From Desulfobacterales bacterium (GTDB taxonomy: Bacteria; Desulfobacterota; Desulfobacteria; Desulfobacterales; UBA2245), in NCBI GenBank assembly GCA_040771865.1, contig JAXGZF010000004.1, positions 248,001 through 289,915 of the forward strand: 41,915 bases of DNA, given 5' to 3'. Below, one piece after another: positions 21,716 to 31,196 of the stretch. A program made the translations under genes and the position numbers. Each line of letters opens with the position of its first letter. Position 1 is the first letter of the stretch. The notes beneath the pieces are model-generated. The model saw only the letters and a list, made by a program, of their open reading frames with translations. It had not been told where the DNA came from and did not search any database.

Positions 21716-23176
21716 ATGAACCTCTATGAACTGACCATTCACGAAGCCCACCGGCTTCTGCGGGAAAGGCGGATATCGGCGCTGGAGCTGACCCGGGCCG
21801 TGCTGGGGCGTATTGAAGCGGTCGAAGGCAAGGTGGACGCCTATGTGACCCTTGCTGCGGAACAAGCCCTGGATCAGGCCAGAGCCGCCGACAAACGCAT
21901 TGAAAGCGGGAATGCAGAGCCTTTGACCGGCATTCCGCTGGCTGTCAAAGACCTGATCTGCACCCGGGGTTTGCGGACGACCTGCGCTTCGAAAATCCTC
22001 GAGAACTACGTTCCGCCCTACGATGCAACGGTCTCGGAAAAACTTCAGAAGGCCGGCGCGATCTTTCTGGGGAAGGTCAACATGGACGAATTCGCCATGG
22101 GATCATCCACCGAGAACTCAGGGTTTAAACTTACCCGGAATCCCTGGAATCCGGACTGTGTTCCCGGAGGATCCAGCGGCGGGTCGGCCGCGGCAGTGGC
22201 GGCCGATATGTGCCTGGGCGCGCTAGGATCGGATACGGGCGGTTCGATCCGTCAGCCTGCTTCCCATTGCGGCGTGGTGGGCATGAAACCCACCTACGGC
22301 CGGGTTTCCCGTTATGGCCTGGTGGCTTATGCCTCGTCTCTGGACCAGATCGGACCCATCACAAAGGATGTGACGGATTGCGCTTTGTTGATGAATGCCA
22401 TTGCCGGACATGATTCCAAAGATTCCACCTCGGTTCCCAGGGAGGTTCCGGACTATTCCAGGAATCTCAAAACCGGCCTGAACGATATCATCGTGGGGCT
22501 TCCCAGGGAATACCATGAGAACAAGGGCCTGGACCCGGACGTTGCCCGGGCGGTCGAGAATGCCAAAACCGTTCTCAAGGATCTCGGCGCTCGATTTACG
22601 GATGTTTCACTGCCGCACACAGCTTATGCGGTTGCCGCATACTATGTGATCGCACCGGCGGAGGCCAGCTCCAATCTGGCCCGGTATGACGGGGTGCGTT
22701 TCGGGGTGCGCGACAGATCTGCGGACAGTCTTCAGGAAATGTTCCGCCGCACTCGGTCCAGAGGATTCGGCGCCGAGGTCAAGCGCCGGATCATCCTGGG
22801 AACCTATGCGCTGTCGGCCGGTTACTACGACGCCTATTACGGAAAGGCTTCCCAGGTTCGCACCCTGATCATGGAAGATTTCAAGAAGGCTTTTGAAACC
22901 TGCCATGTGCTCCTGTCGCCGGTTGCGCCGACTCCGGCGTTTAAAATCGGAGAAAACATCGACGACCCGCTGACCATGTATCTCTCCGACATTTTCACCA
23001 TTCCCGCCAACCTTGCCGGCATTCCCGGCATGTCGGTTCCCTGCGGATTCTCTTCAAAAGGGCTGCCCATCGGGCTGCAGCTTGCGTCGAGGCATTTTGA
23101 CGAAGACACCCTTCTTAAAGTAGGGTATAATTTTGAACAAGCCAGTGATTTTCACGAAAAAAAACCAACACTTTAG
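21716..23176 (+). CDS. gatA: Asp/Glu-tRNA amidotransferase subunit A
   Basis: Amidase signature [48 protein letters not shown]. Confidence 0.97.
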   Translation: MNLYELTIHEAHRLLRERRISALELTRAVLGRIEAVEGKVDAYVTLAAEQALDQARAADKRIESGNAEPLTGIPLAVKDLICTRGLRTTCASKILENYVPPYDATVSEKLQKAGAIFLGKVNMDEFAMGSSTENSGFKLTRNPWNPDCVPGGSSGGSAAAVAADMCLGALGSDTGGSIRQPASHCGVVGMKPTYGRVSRYGLVAYASSLDQIGPITKDVTDCALLMNAIAGHDSKDSTSVPREVPDYSRNLKTGLNDIIVGLPREYHENKGLDPDVARAVENAKTVLKDLGARFTDVSLPHTAYAVAAYYVIAPAEASSNLARYDGVRFGVRDRSADSLQEMFRRTRSRGFGAEVKRRIILGTYALSAGYYDAYYGKASQVRTLIMEDFKKAFETCHVLLSPVAPTPAFKIGENIDDPLTMYLSDIFTIPANLAGIPGMSVPCGFSSKGLPIGLQLASRHFDEDTLLKVGYNFEQASDFHEKKPTL

Positions 23177-23185
23177 GAGATTGAC

Positions 23186-23362
23186 ATGAAAAAACCGCAA
23201 GGCGAAGACATGAGAAAAGCCATCAAATGGATCAGCGAACTGCGCGAAGCAAATCCCAAGGAAAACCTCAATACCCTGGTTGAAAAAGCGAGCCTTCAGT
23301 TTGGTCTGAGTCCAAAGGATTCAGAATTCCTGATCCGTTTTTTCACCGAGGAACAATCCTAA
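23186..23362 (+). CDS. 58-aa hypothetical helical protein, not in ORF track
   Basis: AGGAG SD; MKKPQGEDMRKAIKWISELREANPKENLNTLVEKASLQFGLSPKDSEFLIRFFTEEQS*; fills the gatA-mutL gap. Confidence 0.75.
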   Translation: MKKPQGEDMRKAIKWISELREANPKENLNTLVEKASLQFGLSPKDSEFLIRFFTEEQS

Positions 23363-23382
23363 CATGCAAAACGGGGTCGGGC

Positions 23383-25110
23383 GTGACCGCAATTAAAATT
23401 CTGCCGGAAATGGTTTCCAACAAAATTGCCGCCGGCGAGGTCGTTGAACGCCCGGCTTCCGTGGTCAAGGAGCTGGTTGAAAACGCTCTGGACGCCGAAA
23501 GCTCAAGGATCGTTGTTGGCGTGGAAAAGGGCGGCCGGTCTCTGATTGAGATATCCGACAACGGGACGGGCATGCAGCCCGACGATGCACTGCTTTGCAT
23601 CGAGCGCTATGCTACCAGCAAGCTTCAAACCGAAGCGGATCTTTTTTCCATCAAAACCCTCGGCTTTCGCGGAGAGGCCCTGCCGAGCATTGCCGCCGTC
23701 TCCAGGTTTACCCTGACCACCCGGCACAAAAGCAGGGAAACCGGCACCCGGATCGAGATTCATGGCGGAAGGATTCAGTCTGTTGCCGAGGTCGGCGCGG
23801 CGCCGGGTACGCTGATCTCCGTCCGCAATCTGTTTTACAATGTTCCGGCACGTCGAAAATTTCTCAAAACCACAGCCACGGAAATGGCCCATATTGCCGA
23901 TACCGTCGCGGGCATCGCCCTGGGCTGGCCCGAGGTTCATTTCCAGCTCTCCCACAATGGAAAGCTCATCAAAAACTGGGTTTCCGCATCCGCGCAGGAC
24001 CGTATTGCTGACGTGCTGGGAAACGCCCTGGGCGATGGGCTGATTCCGGTTCAGCTGGAAGAGGATCGATTCCGCTTTTCCGGATGGATCTCGTCGCCGG
24101 GCCTCGCCCGAAGCACCCCGGACGCCATCTTTATTTACGTCAACGGCCGCAGGGTTCATGACCGCATGATCCGGCATGCCCTGCTGGAAGGTTTCCGGGG
24201 AAGGCTGCTCAAGGGGAGGTTTCCGGCCGCCGTATTATTTGTCCGCGTCCCCTGCGATCGGGTGGATGTCAATGTGCATCCCACCAAGAACGAGGTACGG
24301 TTTGCAGCTCAGGAGATCGTCCACCAATCGGTTGCCCGGGCGGTTTCCGAATCCCTGCAAGCCAGGGATGGAACTGGCTGGAAAAGTCCTGCGGTTTCGT
24401 CCCGGCCTGATCCGGCGGTCATGGAAACCGCCCCTGCATATCGACCGAGCGAATCCGCGCCGAAACTTTTTGAGACCGATTTCCCGACGGCATTCGCTTC
24501 CGATCTATCTTTCCCCGGACTATGGCCGAAGAAGCGCTTCGAAGATCTTCGCATTATCGGACGGCTTTTCGATACCTACATTCTCTGCGAAGCCGGCGAT
24601 GAACTGATTCTCATCGACCAGCACGCGGCCCATGAACGGATATTGTTTGAAAAACTGCAGGCCAGGGACACCGGACCTTCCCAGAAGCTTCTCATTCCCG
24701 AGACCCTTGATCTGGGGTATCGCCAGGCCGCTTCAATCGAAAAGCTGATACCTGAACTGCGATCCAGGGGAATAGAAATAGAGGCCTTCGGCGGCACGAC
24801 CTATGTGGTTTCGGCTGTTCCCCCGTTTCTCGGTCCGAATGAAATTCAGCCTTTGATTGTCGAACTGGCCGAAACCATGTCCACCCTCGGTATTTCGGCC
24901 GATCTCGCTTCGTTTCAGGACCGTTTCCTGGCATCCATGGCATGTCACGGCGCCATCAGGGCCGGGCAGCGGCTGAATGATGAAGAGGCGCGGATGCTGC
25001 TCCGGCAGCTGGACGACTGTAAAATGCCGGCTCACTGCCCTCACGGACGGCCTACATGGATCAGCTGGGATCTCACATCCATTGAAAGATCCTTCAAGCG
25101 CATCGTTTAG
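23383..25110 (+). CDS. mutL: DNA mismatch repair endonuclease MutL
   Basis: IAAGEVVERPASVVKELVEN, GFRGEAL, DVNVHPTK, DQHAAHER, ACH, CPHGRP. Confidence 0.97.
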   Translation: MTAIKILPEMVSNKIAAGEVVERPASVVKELVENALDAESSRIVVGVEKGGRSLIEISDNGTGMQPDDALLCIERYATSKLQTEADLFSIKTLGFRGEALPSIAAVSRFTLTTRHKSRETGTRIEIHGGRIQSVAEVGAAPGTLISVRNLFYNVPARRKFLKTTATEMAHIADTVAGIALGWPEVHFQLSHNGKLIKNWVSASAQDRIADVLGNALGDGLIPVQLEEDRFRFSGWISSPGLARSTPDAIFIYVNGRRVHDRMIRHALLEGFRGRLLKGRFPAAVLFVRVPCDRVDVNVHPTKNEVRFAAQEIVHQSVARAVSESLQARDGTGWKSPAVSSRPDPAVMETAPAYRPSESAPKLFETDFPTAFASDLSFPGLWPKKRFEDLRIIGRLFDTYILCEAGDELILIDQHAAHERILFEKLQARDTGPSQKLLIPETLDLGYRQAASIEKLIPELRSRGIEIEAFGGTTYVVSAVPPFLGPNEIQPLIVELAETMSTLGISADLASFQDRFLASMACHGAIRAGQRLNDEEARMLLRQLDDCKMPAHCPHGRPTWISWDLTSIERSFKRIV

Positions 25111-25145
25111 CGGCGCGGCGATTATTTCCAGGAAGGCGATATATC

Positions 25146-25949
25146 ATGAAAAACGCATTGACCATCGCGGGATCGGACAGCAGCGGCGGCGCCGGAATTC
25201 AGGCCGACCTTAAAACTTTTTCCGCCCACGGCGTGTTCGGCATGAGCGTGATCACGGCCGTGACCGCGCAGAACACGCAGGGGGTATCGGCCGTTCAGGA
25301 TATTCTGCCGGAAATGATTCTCAGACAGATCGAGGCTGTTTTCGAGGATATCCGGGTGGATGCCGTCAAAATCGGAATGGCTTCCCGGATTGAAACCATC
25401 GAGGCCATTGCCGAAGGCCTGAAAAAATACGATTCTCAAATTGTGGTTCTGGATCCGGTCATGGTGTCCAAAAGCGGATACCATCTGCTCGATCCGTCGG
25501 CAATAGACGCCCTGATCGGACGCCTGATTCCTCTGGCGACCCTGGTTACGCCGAACATTCCCGAGGCCGAGGCGATCTCCGGCATCCAGATTCGGAATAC
25601 TCAGGACATGGAAACGGCAGCTCGAAAAATATTTTCCATGGGACCCCGGCAGGTGCTGATCAAAGGAGGTCACCTGGACGATGCGGCCATCGATATTCTT
25701 TTTGACGGAACCCGATTTCAACGTTTTGCAGTTCAAAGGCTTCAAACGCAAAATACGCATGGAACCGGCTGCACCCTGTCGTCGGCCATCGCATCCAATC
25801 TGGCCAGGGGCGACGGGATTGCGCTGGCCGTGGAAAAAGCCAAATCCTACATCACCGTCGCCATCGCTCACGGGCTTTCCATCGGAAAAGGCGTCGGGCC
25901 GGTACACCATTTCTATGAACTTTATCAAAAAGCGGGATACCTTGAATGA
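25146..25949 (+). CDS. thiD: Hydroxymethylpyrimidine/phosphomethylpyrimidine kinase
   Basis: TIAGSDSSGGAGIQADLKTF, DPVM, TPNIPEA, KGGH, THGTGCTLS. Confidence 0.96.
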   Translation: MKNALTIAGSDSSGGAGIQADLKTFSAHGVFGMSVITAVTAQNTQGVSAVQDILPEMILRQIEAVFEDIRVDAVKIGMASRIETIEAIAEGLKKYDSQIVVLDPVMVSKSGYHLLDPSAIDALIGRLIPLATLVTPNIPEAEAISGIQIRNTQDMETAARKIFSMGPRQVLIKGGHLDDAAIDILFDGTRFQRFAVQRLQTQNTHGTGCTLSSAIASNLARGDGIALAVEKAKSYITVAIAHGLSIGKGVGPVHHFYELYQKAGYLE

Positions 25950-26809
25950 ATACGACCCACAATCTGAGCGGCGGCTGTGAGAACCCGGCCGAAGCCATTT
26001 GTCGTGCCCTGGCCTGCGTGCGCCATAATACGCCTCTGATTCATCACATTACCAATTACGTTACCGTGAACGGCTGCGCCAACGCCGTGATCGCTCTGGG
26101 CGGATCGCCGGTGATGGCCGACGACGCGGGAGAGGTTGAAGAAATGGTTTCCATGGCCTCGGCCCTGGTCCTGAATATCGGCACCCTGAACGCGCGAACT
26201 GTTGAATCCATGATGCTGGCGGGCAGAAAAGCCAATGAACTGAACATTCCGATTGTTCTGGATCCGGTGGGGGCCGGCGCCACCTCGCTGCGGACCCGCA
26301 CGGCCCATCAGCTCGTAGACGCTCTGCATCCGGTTGTTGTTCGGGGTAATATGAGCGAGATCAAGTGCCTCTCAGGTCTGGATGTCAGAACCCGGGGGGT
26401 GGACTCAACGGCCAGTCTGGAAGACGCCGAGACAGTGGCGCAAACCCTTTCCGAAAAACTTGACTGCGTGGTCGCCATTACCGGTAAAACTGATTTTGTG
26501 GCGTTCAAAAAACGGATTTGCGTAATCCGCAACGGCCATGAAATGCTGTCTCAGATTACCGGCGCCGGATGCATGACGACCTCTCTGGTGGGAACCTGTC
26601 TCGGCGCGGTCGAGGATCCGTGGATCGCGGCAGCGGCGGGAATTGTCTGTATGGGCGTTGCCGGTGAGATGGCGTATGAACAGCTTCAAGGCCATGAAGG
26701 CCCCGGAATCTTCAAGGCGCGCCTGCTGGACTGCATTTTCAGACTCAGCCCGGAAATGCTGAAAGCATCGGCGCGCATCGAATTTAATGGTGATTTACTG
26801 GGTGTCTGA
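25946..26809 (+). CDS. thiM: Hydroxyethylthiazole kinase
   Basis: PLIHHITNYVT, GGSPVMA, NIGTL, DPVGAGA, RGNMSEI, ITGAGC; ATGA overlap with thiD. Confidence 0.95.
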   Translation: MNTTHNLSGGCENPAEAICRALACVRHNTPLIHHITNYVTVNGCANAVIALGGSPVMADDAGEVEEMVSMASALVLNIGTLNARTVESMMLAGRKANELNIPIVLDPVGAGATSLRTRTAHQLVDALHPVVVRGNMSEIKCLSGLDVRTRGVDSTASLEDAETVAQTLSEKLDCVVAITGKTDFVAFKKRICVIRNGHEMLSQITGAGCMTTSLVGTCLGAVEDPWIAAAAGIVCMGVAGEMAYEQLQGHEGPGIFKARLLDCIFRLSPEMLKASARIEFNGDLLGV

Positions 26810-28543
26810 ATTCGGCTGAGCCGGCTGAAACTGCTGCGATGCGATAAAGCTTCGGGAATCCGTCAACGCGGTTCCCGTTTTTGAAACCACTGCAAAAACG
26901 AGCTCCGGCTTACCGTCGTTGTCCATATCCGCGATGGCGTAATCGCTGATATACCCGGGCGCTTCCTGGGTCTTCCATTTAAGGCGCATGCCCAGTTCAT
27001 TCCATTCCATGCACTCGATGTGGCCGGCCTGAAATACCCGGATGCGGGACAGCAGCCGGCCGATAGCCTCCTTGTTTTTGACCGCGATCACCTCGTTTTT
27101 GCCGTCTCCGTCCACATCATGGATAAAAAGCCGGGGAGAGAGGTAGGTTCGCTCAAACTCCTTGTAGGCGCCGATCGATCCGCTTGAGGCATTTCTTGTA
27201 TCGATGTAAGCCATGCTGCCGCCGTAGGCTTCAGCACTGGTCCATTGATCCTCTCCGGCATTGTCGAAGATTCGAATCAGGTCGTCCCTGGTAAAGGATG
27301 CCGCCGCCATGCGGCCGGAATTCAGCGCATCGCCCAGGGCAAATCCGTAAACGGAAACGTTTCTGGGAACCGGCGCCCGGTCAAGCTCGACATAACTTCC
27401 CTGGCGGTATTCGAGTTCATAGATGCCGGGCTGGAAAACATCAGACATGCCACGCTTCTGACCGAAGAGCACGGGCCCGCGATCCGGAACGGTCGTAACC
27501 CGGAAATACCATCCCTGGTTGTCCGCGATTTTTGCAAGGGAGTTCTTGCTCCATTCGAGCACAAAGGAATTGAGGCGGGTCGTCCGCGTGGAATACCGGG
27601 TGATGAATATTTCCGCCTTTTGGTTGTGGTTGATGTCGGCAACATCCACGCCGAGGAAATGCTGCTCTCCCTTGAACGGAAGCTCAGCAACCTTGGCAAA
27701 TTTTCCCCCGGAAAGCCGGTAAACGAAAAGGGTCTGGTCGGCCATGAAAACGGTTTCGTTCTGGCCGTCTCCGGTCACATCCCCGATGGCCATTCCTGAA
27801 ATAACATTGTTAAAGGCGTGGCTGCGCCAGATTTTTCCCATAAGGGGCTTTTCCCCGGCGAAAAACGCACCCGACTCGATGGTTCCCTGCTCCTGGCTCC
27901 AGAGCACATCCGGGTGCATGCGGCTGTCCGTCCCCTGGGGCGCCTGTGCCGCCGGGGGCTGGTAAACGCTGGCTTTGCGTCCGAACACCGTTTCGTTGAC
28001 CTGGGCGGCAAACTGGTTGATATGGGAGATTGCATCGCTGGGGCTGGTCCCCGCCTGGCTGAAGGTGACCAGATCCTTTTGCCCGGCTGTTTCCGCAAAC
28101 CGCGCATCGGTACTGATGGCCTCGCCGAAAACCGTCACGCTGCCGTAGACGACGTAATCGGCCGATGCCTTTTGACCCAGATCAACGGCGGTCTGCAGAT
28201 TCACGGGGCCGGAAAGCCCCTCGACCGCCTTTGAGGCGGTTTCCCGGTCCAGAACCGTTACGCTGTCTTCAAAGGTCAGGCGCGTGGAAAGCATGTCCGC
28301 TATGCCCCGCTGCAGAAAGGTCAGATCTTCGGCCGAATTCATGGAAAGCGGCAGAACCAGAATCCGTTTGGCGGGCTCGCCCGAGGCAGAGCCGCAAAAA
28401 AAACCCCACAACAGCAAAACGGGGAAGATGAGCCGCAGAAGATATGAAATGGAATTCAATTGAATTTTCTCCTGTGTATAGAGTGCTTTGAAAATCGGCC
28501 GGCATTTCGGCTGAAATTTTTTCATTATCATGATGAAAATCAT
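26795..28543 (-). CDS. Exported FG-GAP/VCBS-repeat protein with N-terminal TolB_N/CsgG-like domain
   Basis: Signal-like hydrophobic stretch; repeats GDVTGDGQNE, ADINHNQKAE, DVDGDGKNE, ADMDNDGKPE; start codon uncertain (may be downstream). Confidence 0.8.
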   Translation of the reverse strand: MIFIMIMKKFQPKCRPIFKALYTQEKIQLNSISYLLRLIFPVLLLWGFFCGSASGEPAKRILVLPLSMNSAEDLTFLQRGIADMLSTRLTFEDSVTVLDRETASKAVEGLSGPVNLQTAVDLGQKASADYVVYGSVTVFGEAISTDARFAETAGQKDLVTFSQAGTSPSDAISHINQFAAQVNETVFGRKASVYQPPAAQAPQGTDSRMHPDVLWSQEQGTIESGAFFAGEKPLMGKIWRSHAFNNVISGMAIGDVTGDGQNETVFMADQTLFVYRLSGGKFAKVAELPFKGEQHFLGVDVADINHNQKAEIFITRYSTRTTRLNSFVLEWSKNSLAKIADNQGWYFRVTTVPDRGPVLFGQKRGMSDVFQPGIYELEYRQGSYVELDRAPVPRNVSVYGFALGDALNSGRMAAASFTRDDLIRIFDNAGEDQWTSAEAYGGSMAYIDTRNASSGSIGAYKEFERTYLSPRLFIHDVDGDGKNEVIAVKNKEAIGRLLSRIRVFQAGHIECMEWNELGMRLKWKTQEAPGYISDYAIADMDNDGKPELVFAVVSKTGTALTDSRSFIASQQFQPAQPNSDTQ

Positions 28544-28729
28544 ATGAAAAGATTTATTTCAAAACCTGTTTTTCAAGTCCGGCTGATTTTTTTTCGTGTT
28601 TGAAGAAATTGCTTGACTTGAACCTTTTTTATTTGTTAGTAGGATTCAATATTATGGCCTGTGAAAGCGGTTAAACAGGCGGTCTGGCTGGAAAGCGGTT
28701 TTAACTTAGCCTTTAAGGAGGAAAAAAAG

Positions 28730-30049
28730 ATGAAAAAATTTGCGGTGTTAGGTCTTGCCGTTGTGCTGGTGATCGCATTCACCGTGCCGGCAATGGCCAT
28801 TGAGAGCGTTTTCGGCGGTTATTGGCGCACCCGCGCTTATACCCAGCAGAACTTCGGGGGCAACGACGAGGGCGACTATGATACGACGCTGGTGGACACC
28901 CGGACCCGGCTGTACTACACGGCGATCTTCAATGAAAACTTCAAGTTCGTCAACAAGTTTGAATTCGATACGGCTTGGGGTAGCAGAAGTTCTTACGGCG
29001 ACATCGGCGCGGACGGTGTCAATGTAGAAGTCAAAAACTCCTATATCGATTTCAACCTCGGATCCGTGAATACCAAGATCGGCGTGCAGGCTTACAAACT
29101 GGCCCGCGGTTTCCTGTTCAACGATGATTTCGCCGGCGCGATTTTCACCTACAAGGCCGAAGCCTTTGAACTGCCCATTTTCTGGATCAAGGCTTATGAA
29201 GGCGGTATTGACGATGCCGATTACGTAGATGACGATCAGAATGATTACGACATCGATTACGTCGGCATTGCTCCCAAGTTTTCCTTCGGCGATGCCGGTT
29301 CGATTCAGCCGATCCTCGTGTACGCCTTTTCAGATGACGCAAGTCTGGGCGCGAATGCTTACAGCTGGCCCTACTATCCTGGCATCACATCAGCAGACCG
29401 GCTTAATTTTGAAGAGCTCCAGATGTTCTGCGCCGGATTTGACCTTGACCTGAATTTTGATATCATCTCCCTGTGGCTGACCGGCATCTACGAGTTCGGT
29501 TCCATTGATTTCCAGGACGGCGAAGATGCCGATATCAAGGCATGGATGCTGGCGATCGGCGCTAAAGCCAATTTTGATGCTTTCGCCCTTCACGGCCAGG
29601 CCTTCTATCTCAATGGCCAGGATGAAGATGAAGAAGACATTGAATTTTTCGCCCCGCTTCAGGGCCAGGACTATCACTGGGCTGAGATCATGGGCGGCGG
29701 CATTTTCGACAACGCGACAGGCTACTCCAACAACAATTCCAGAAATGCCGGCGGTTACAGCCAGCTTACCAATATCATGGCTTTCAACATTGGCGCGGAC
29801 TTCAAGGCCACGGACGATCTGAGCTTCAAACTGGATGTCTGGTATGCCGAACTGGCTGAAGCATTGGATGACGACCTTGACGAAGAACTGGGAACCGAAA
29901 TTGACCTGGTAGCGACCTACAAACTGATGGACGGCCTGAAGCTGGATCTCGTTGGCGCCTACCTGTTTGCCGGCGACTCCACCACGCTGGATTCTCCTGA
30001 TGATGAGAATCCTTTCGAACTCGGCGCGCAGCTGTCTTTGAGCTTCTAG
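28730..30049 (+). CDS. Outer-membrane beta-barrel porin
   Basis: AAGGAGG SD; signal peptide MKKFAVLGLAVVLVIAFTVPAMA; amphipathic beta strands; C-terminal QLSLSF (BAM-type Phe); own terminator. Confidence 0.82.
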   Translation: MKKFAVLGLAVVLVIAFTVPAMAIESVFGGYWRTRAYTQQNFGGNDEGDYDTTLVDTRTRLYYTAIFNENFKFVNKFEFDTAWGSRSSYGDIGADGVNVEVKNSYIDFNLGSVNTKIGVQAYKLARGFLFNDDFAGAIFTYKAEAFELPIFWIKAYEGGIDDADYVDDDQNDYDIDYVGIAPKFSFGDAGSIQPILVYAFSDDASLGANAYSWPYYPGITSADRLNFEELQMFCAGFDLDLNFDIISLWLTGIYEFGSIDFQDGEDADIKAWMLAIGAKANFDAFALHGQAFYLNGQDEDEEDIEFFAPLQGQDYHWAEIMGGGIFDNATGYSNNNSRNAGGYSQLTNIMAFNIGADFKATDDLSFKLDVWYAELAEALDDDLDEELGTEIDLVATYKLMDGLKLDLVGAYLFAGDSTTLDSPDDENPFELGAQLSLSF

Positions 30050-30083
30050 TTCGATTCGAATCGGTTTATTCCAGCCTGACAAT

Positions 30084-30116
30084 AAAAGCCCGCCGCAAAG
30101 GCGGGCTTTTTTATTT
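30084..30116 (+). terminator. Rho-independent terminator after porin
   Basis: AAAAGCCCGCC-GCAAA-GGCGGGCTTTTTTATTT. Confidence 0.9.
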
Positions 30117-30223
30117 GGCGCAGTGTCCCCCATCTGAAAGGCTTTTTCAAAAGTCGAAGCAAGATTGTTTTTTTCTGAAATATGCACGACGGAATTTTCT
30201 CAATTCCACAAAGGGAGGCGCTT

Positions 30224-31063
30224 ATGATCAGAAAGGCGATGTTTGCGGGAACCTGGTACCCAGCGGACCCCGGAACCTGCGAAAAAAGAATTCAAACATA
30301 TCTCAGGGCCATGCCCTGGACCCCGGATGACCGAACCCATGTCGGCGCGATTGTCCCCCATGCCGGATGGGATTTTTCAGGAAAAATCGCCTGCAACACG
30401 ATCCGGCGGCTTCAAGAGGCAGATGTCGATGTGATCGTTGTCTTCGGCATGCACCTTCATGTGCAATCTGCCAGATACATGATGGGAGCCGGCGCCTGGG
30501 AAACCCCCTTCGGCGCGCTGGACATCGACGAAGAACTTGCCGAATCGATTGCCGCAAAATTTTCATTCATTCGAGAGACGGCGTCGAATTTCACGATGGA
30601 CAACACCATCGAGCTCCAGCTTCCGTTCATCAAATATTTTTTCAGCCAGACTCGAATACTTCCCCTGGGAGTTCCGCCAGCGGAACAAACCCTGGAAGTC
30701 GCCCGGACCGTCGTTGATCAGGCGAAACATCTGGGCCGGAAAATAAAGGTGATCGGTTCGACGGATCTGACCCATTACGGTGCCCATTACGGATTTGCCG
30801 GCCACGGGACCGGCCCGAAGGCCGTGCAGTGGGTCGAACAGAATGATCGCCGGGTGATTGATCGCATGCTTCAGCTTGATGCCCGGCAGGTCATCGCCGA
30901 GGCCCTGTCAAGCCAAAACGCCTGCTGTTCCGGAGCGGCCGCGGCCGCGATCGAAGCCGGGCGGCGGATGGGTGCGGTTCGGCCCGAACTCGTGTCCTAT
31001 GCCACGAGCAACGACGTACGGCCGAGCAGCAATTTTGTGGGCTATGCGGGCATCGTATTTTAA
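30224..31063 (+). CDS. amrB: MEMO1 family protein (AmmeMemoRadiSam system protein B)
   Basis: RKAMFAGTWYP, VPHAGWDFSG, WETPFG, DNTIELQLPF, STDLTHYG, NACCSG, VGYAG; GGGAGG SD before ATG 30224. Confidence 0.88.
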   Translation: MIRKAMFAGTWYPADPGTCEKRIQTYLRAMPWTPDDRTHVGAIVPHAGWDFSGKIACNTIRRLQEADVDVIVVFGMHLHVQSARYMMGAGAWETPFGALDIDEELAESIAAKFSFIRETASNFTMDNTIELQLPFIKYFFSQTRILPLGVPPAEQTLEVARTVVDQAKHLGRKIKVIGSTDLTHYGAHYGFAGHGTGPKAVQWVEQNDRRVIDRMLQLDARQVIAEALSSQNACCSGAAAAAIEAGRRMGAVRPELVSYATSNDVRPSSNFVGYAGIVF

Positions 31064-31196
31064 AGGGGCTGTTAGACAAAGTCTGAATTCCGTTTACACG
31101 AATTGCGATGCTGTGATAAATAGCAGTGCAATTCATTGAAATTAAAATTAATGTCACACGGAAACACTTTTTAATCAGCGCAGGAAGGTTAGGGCC

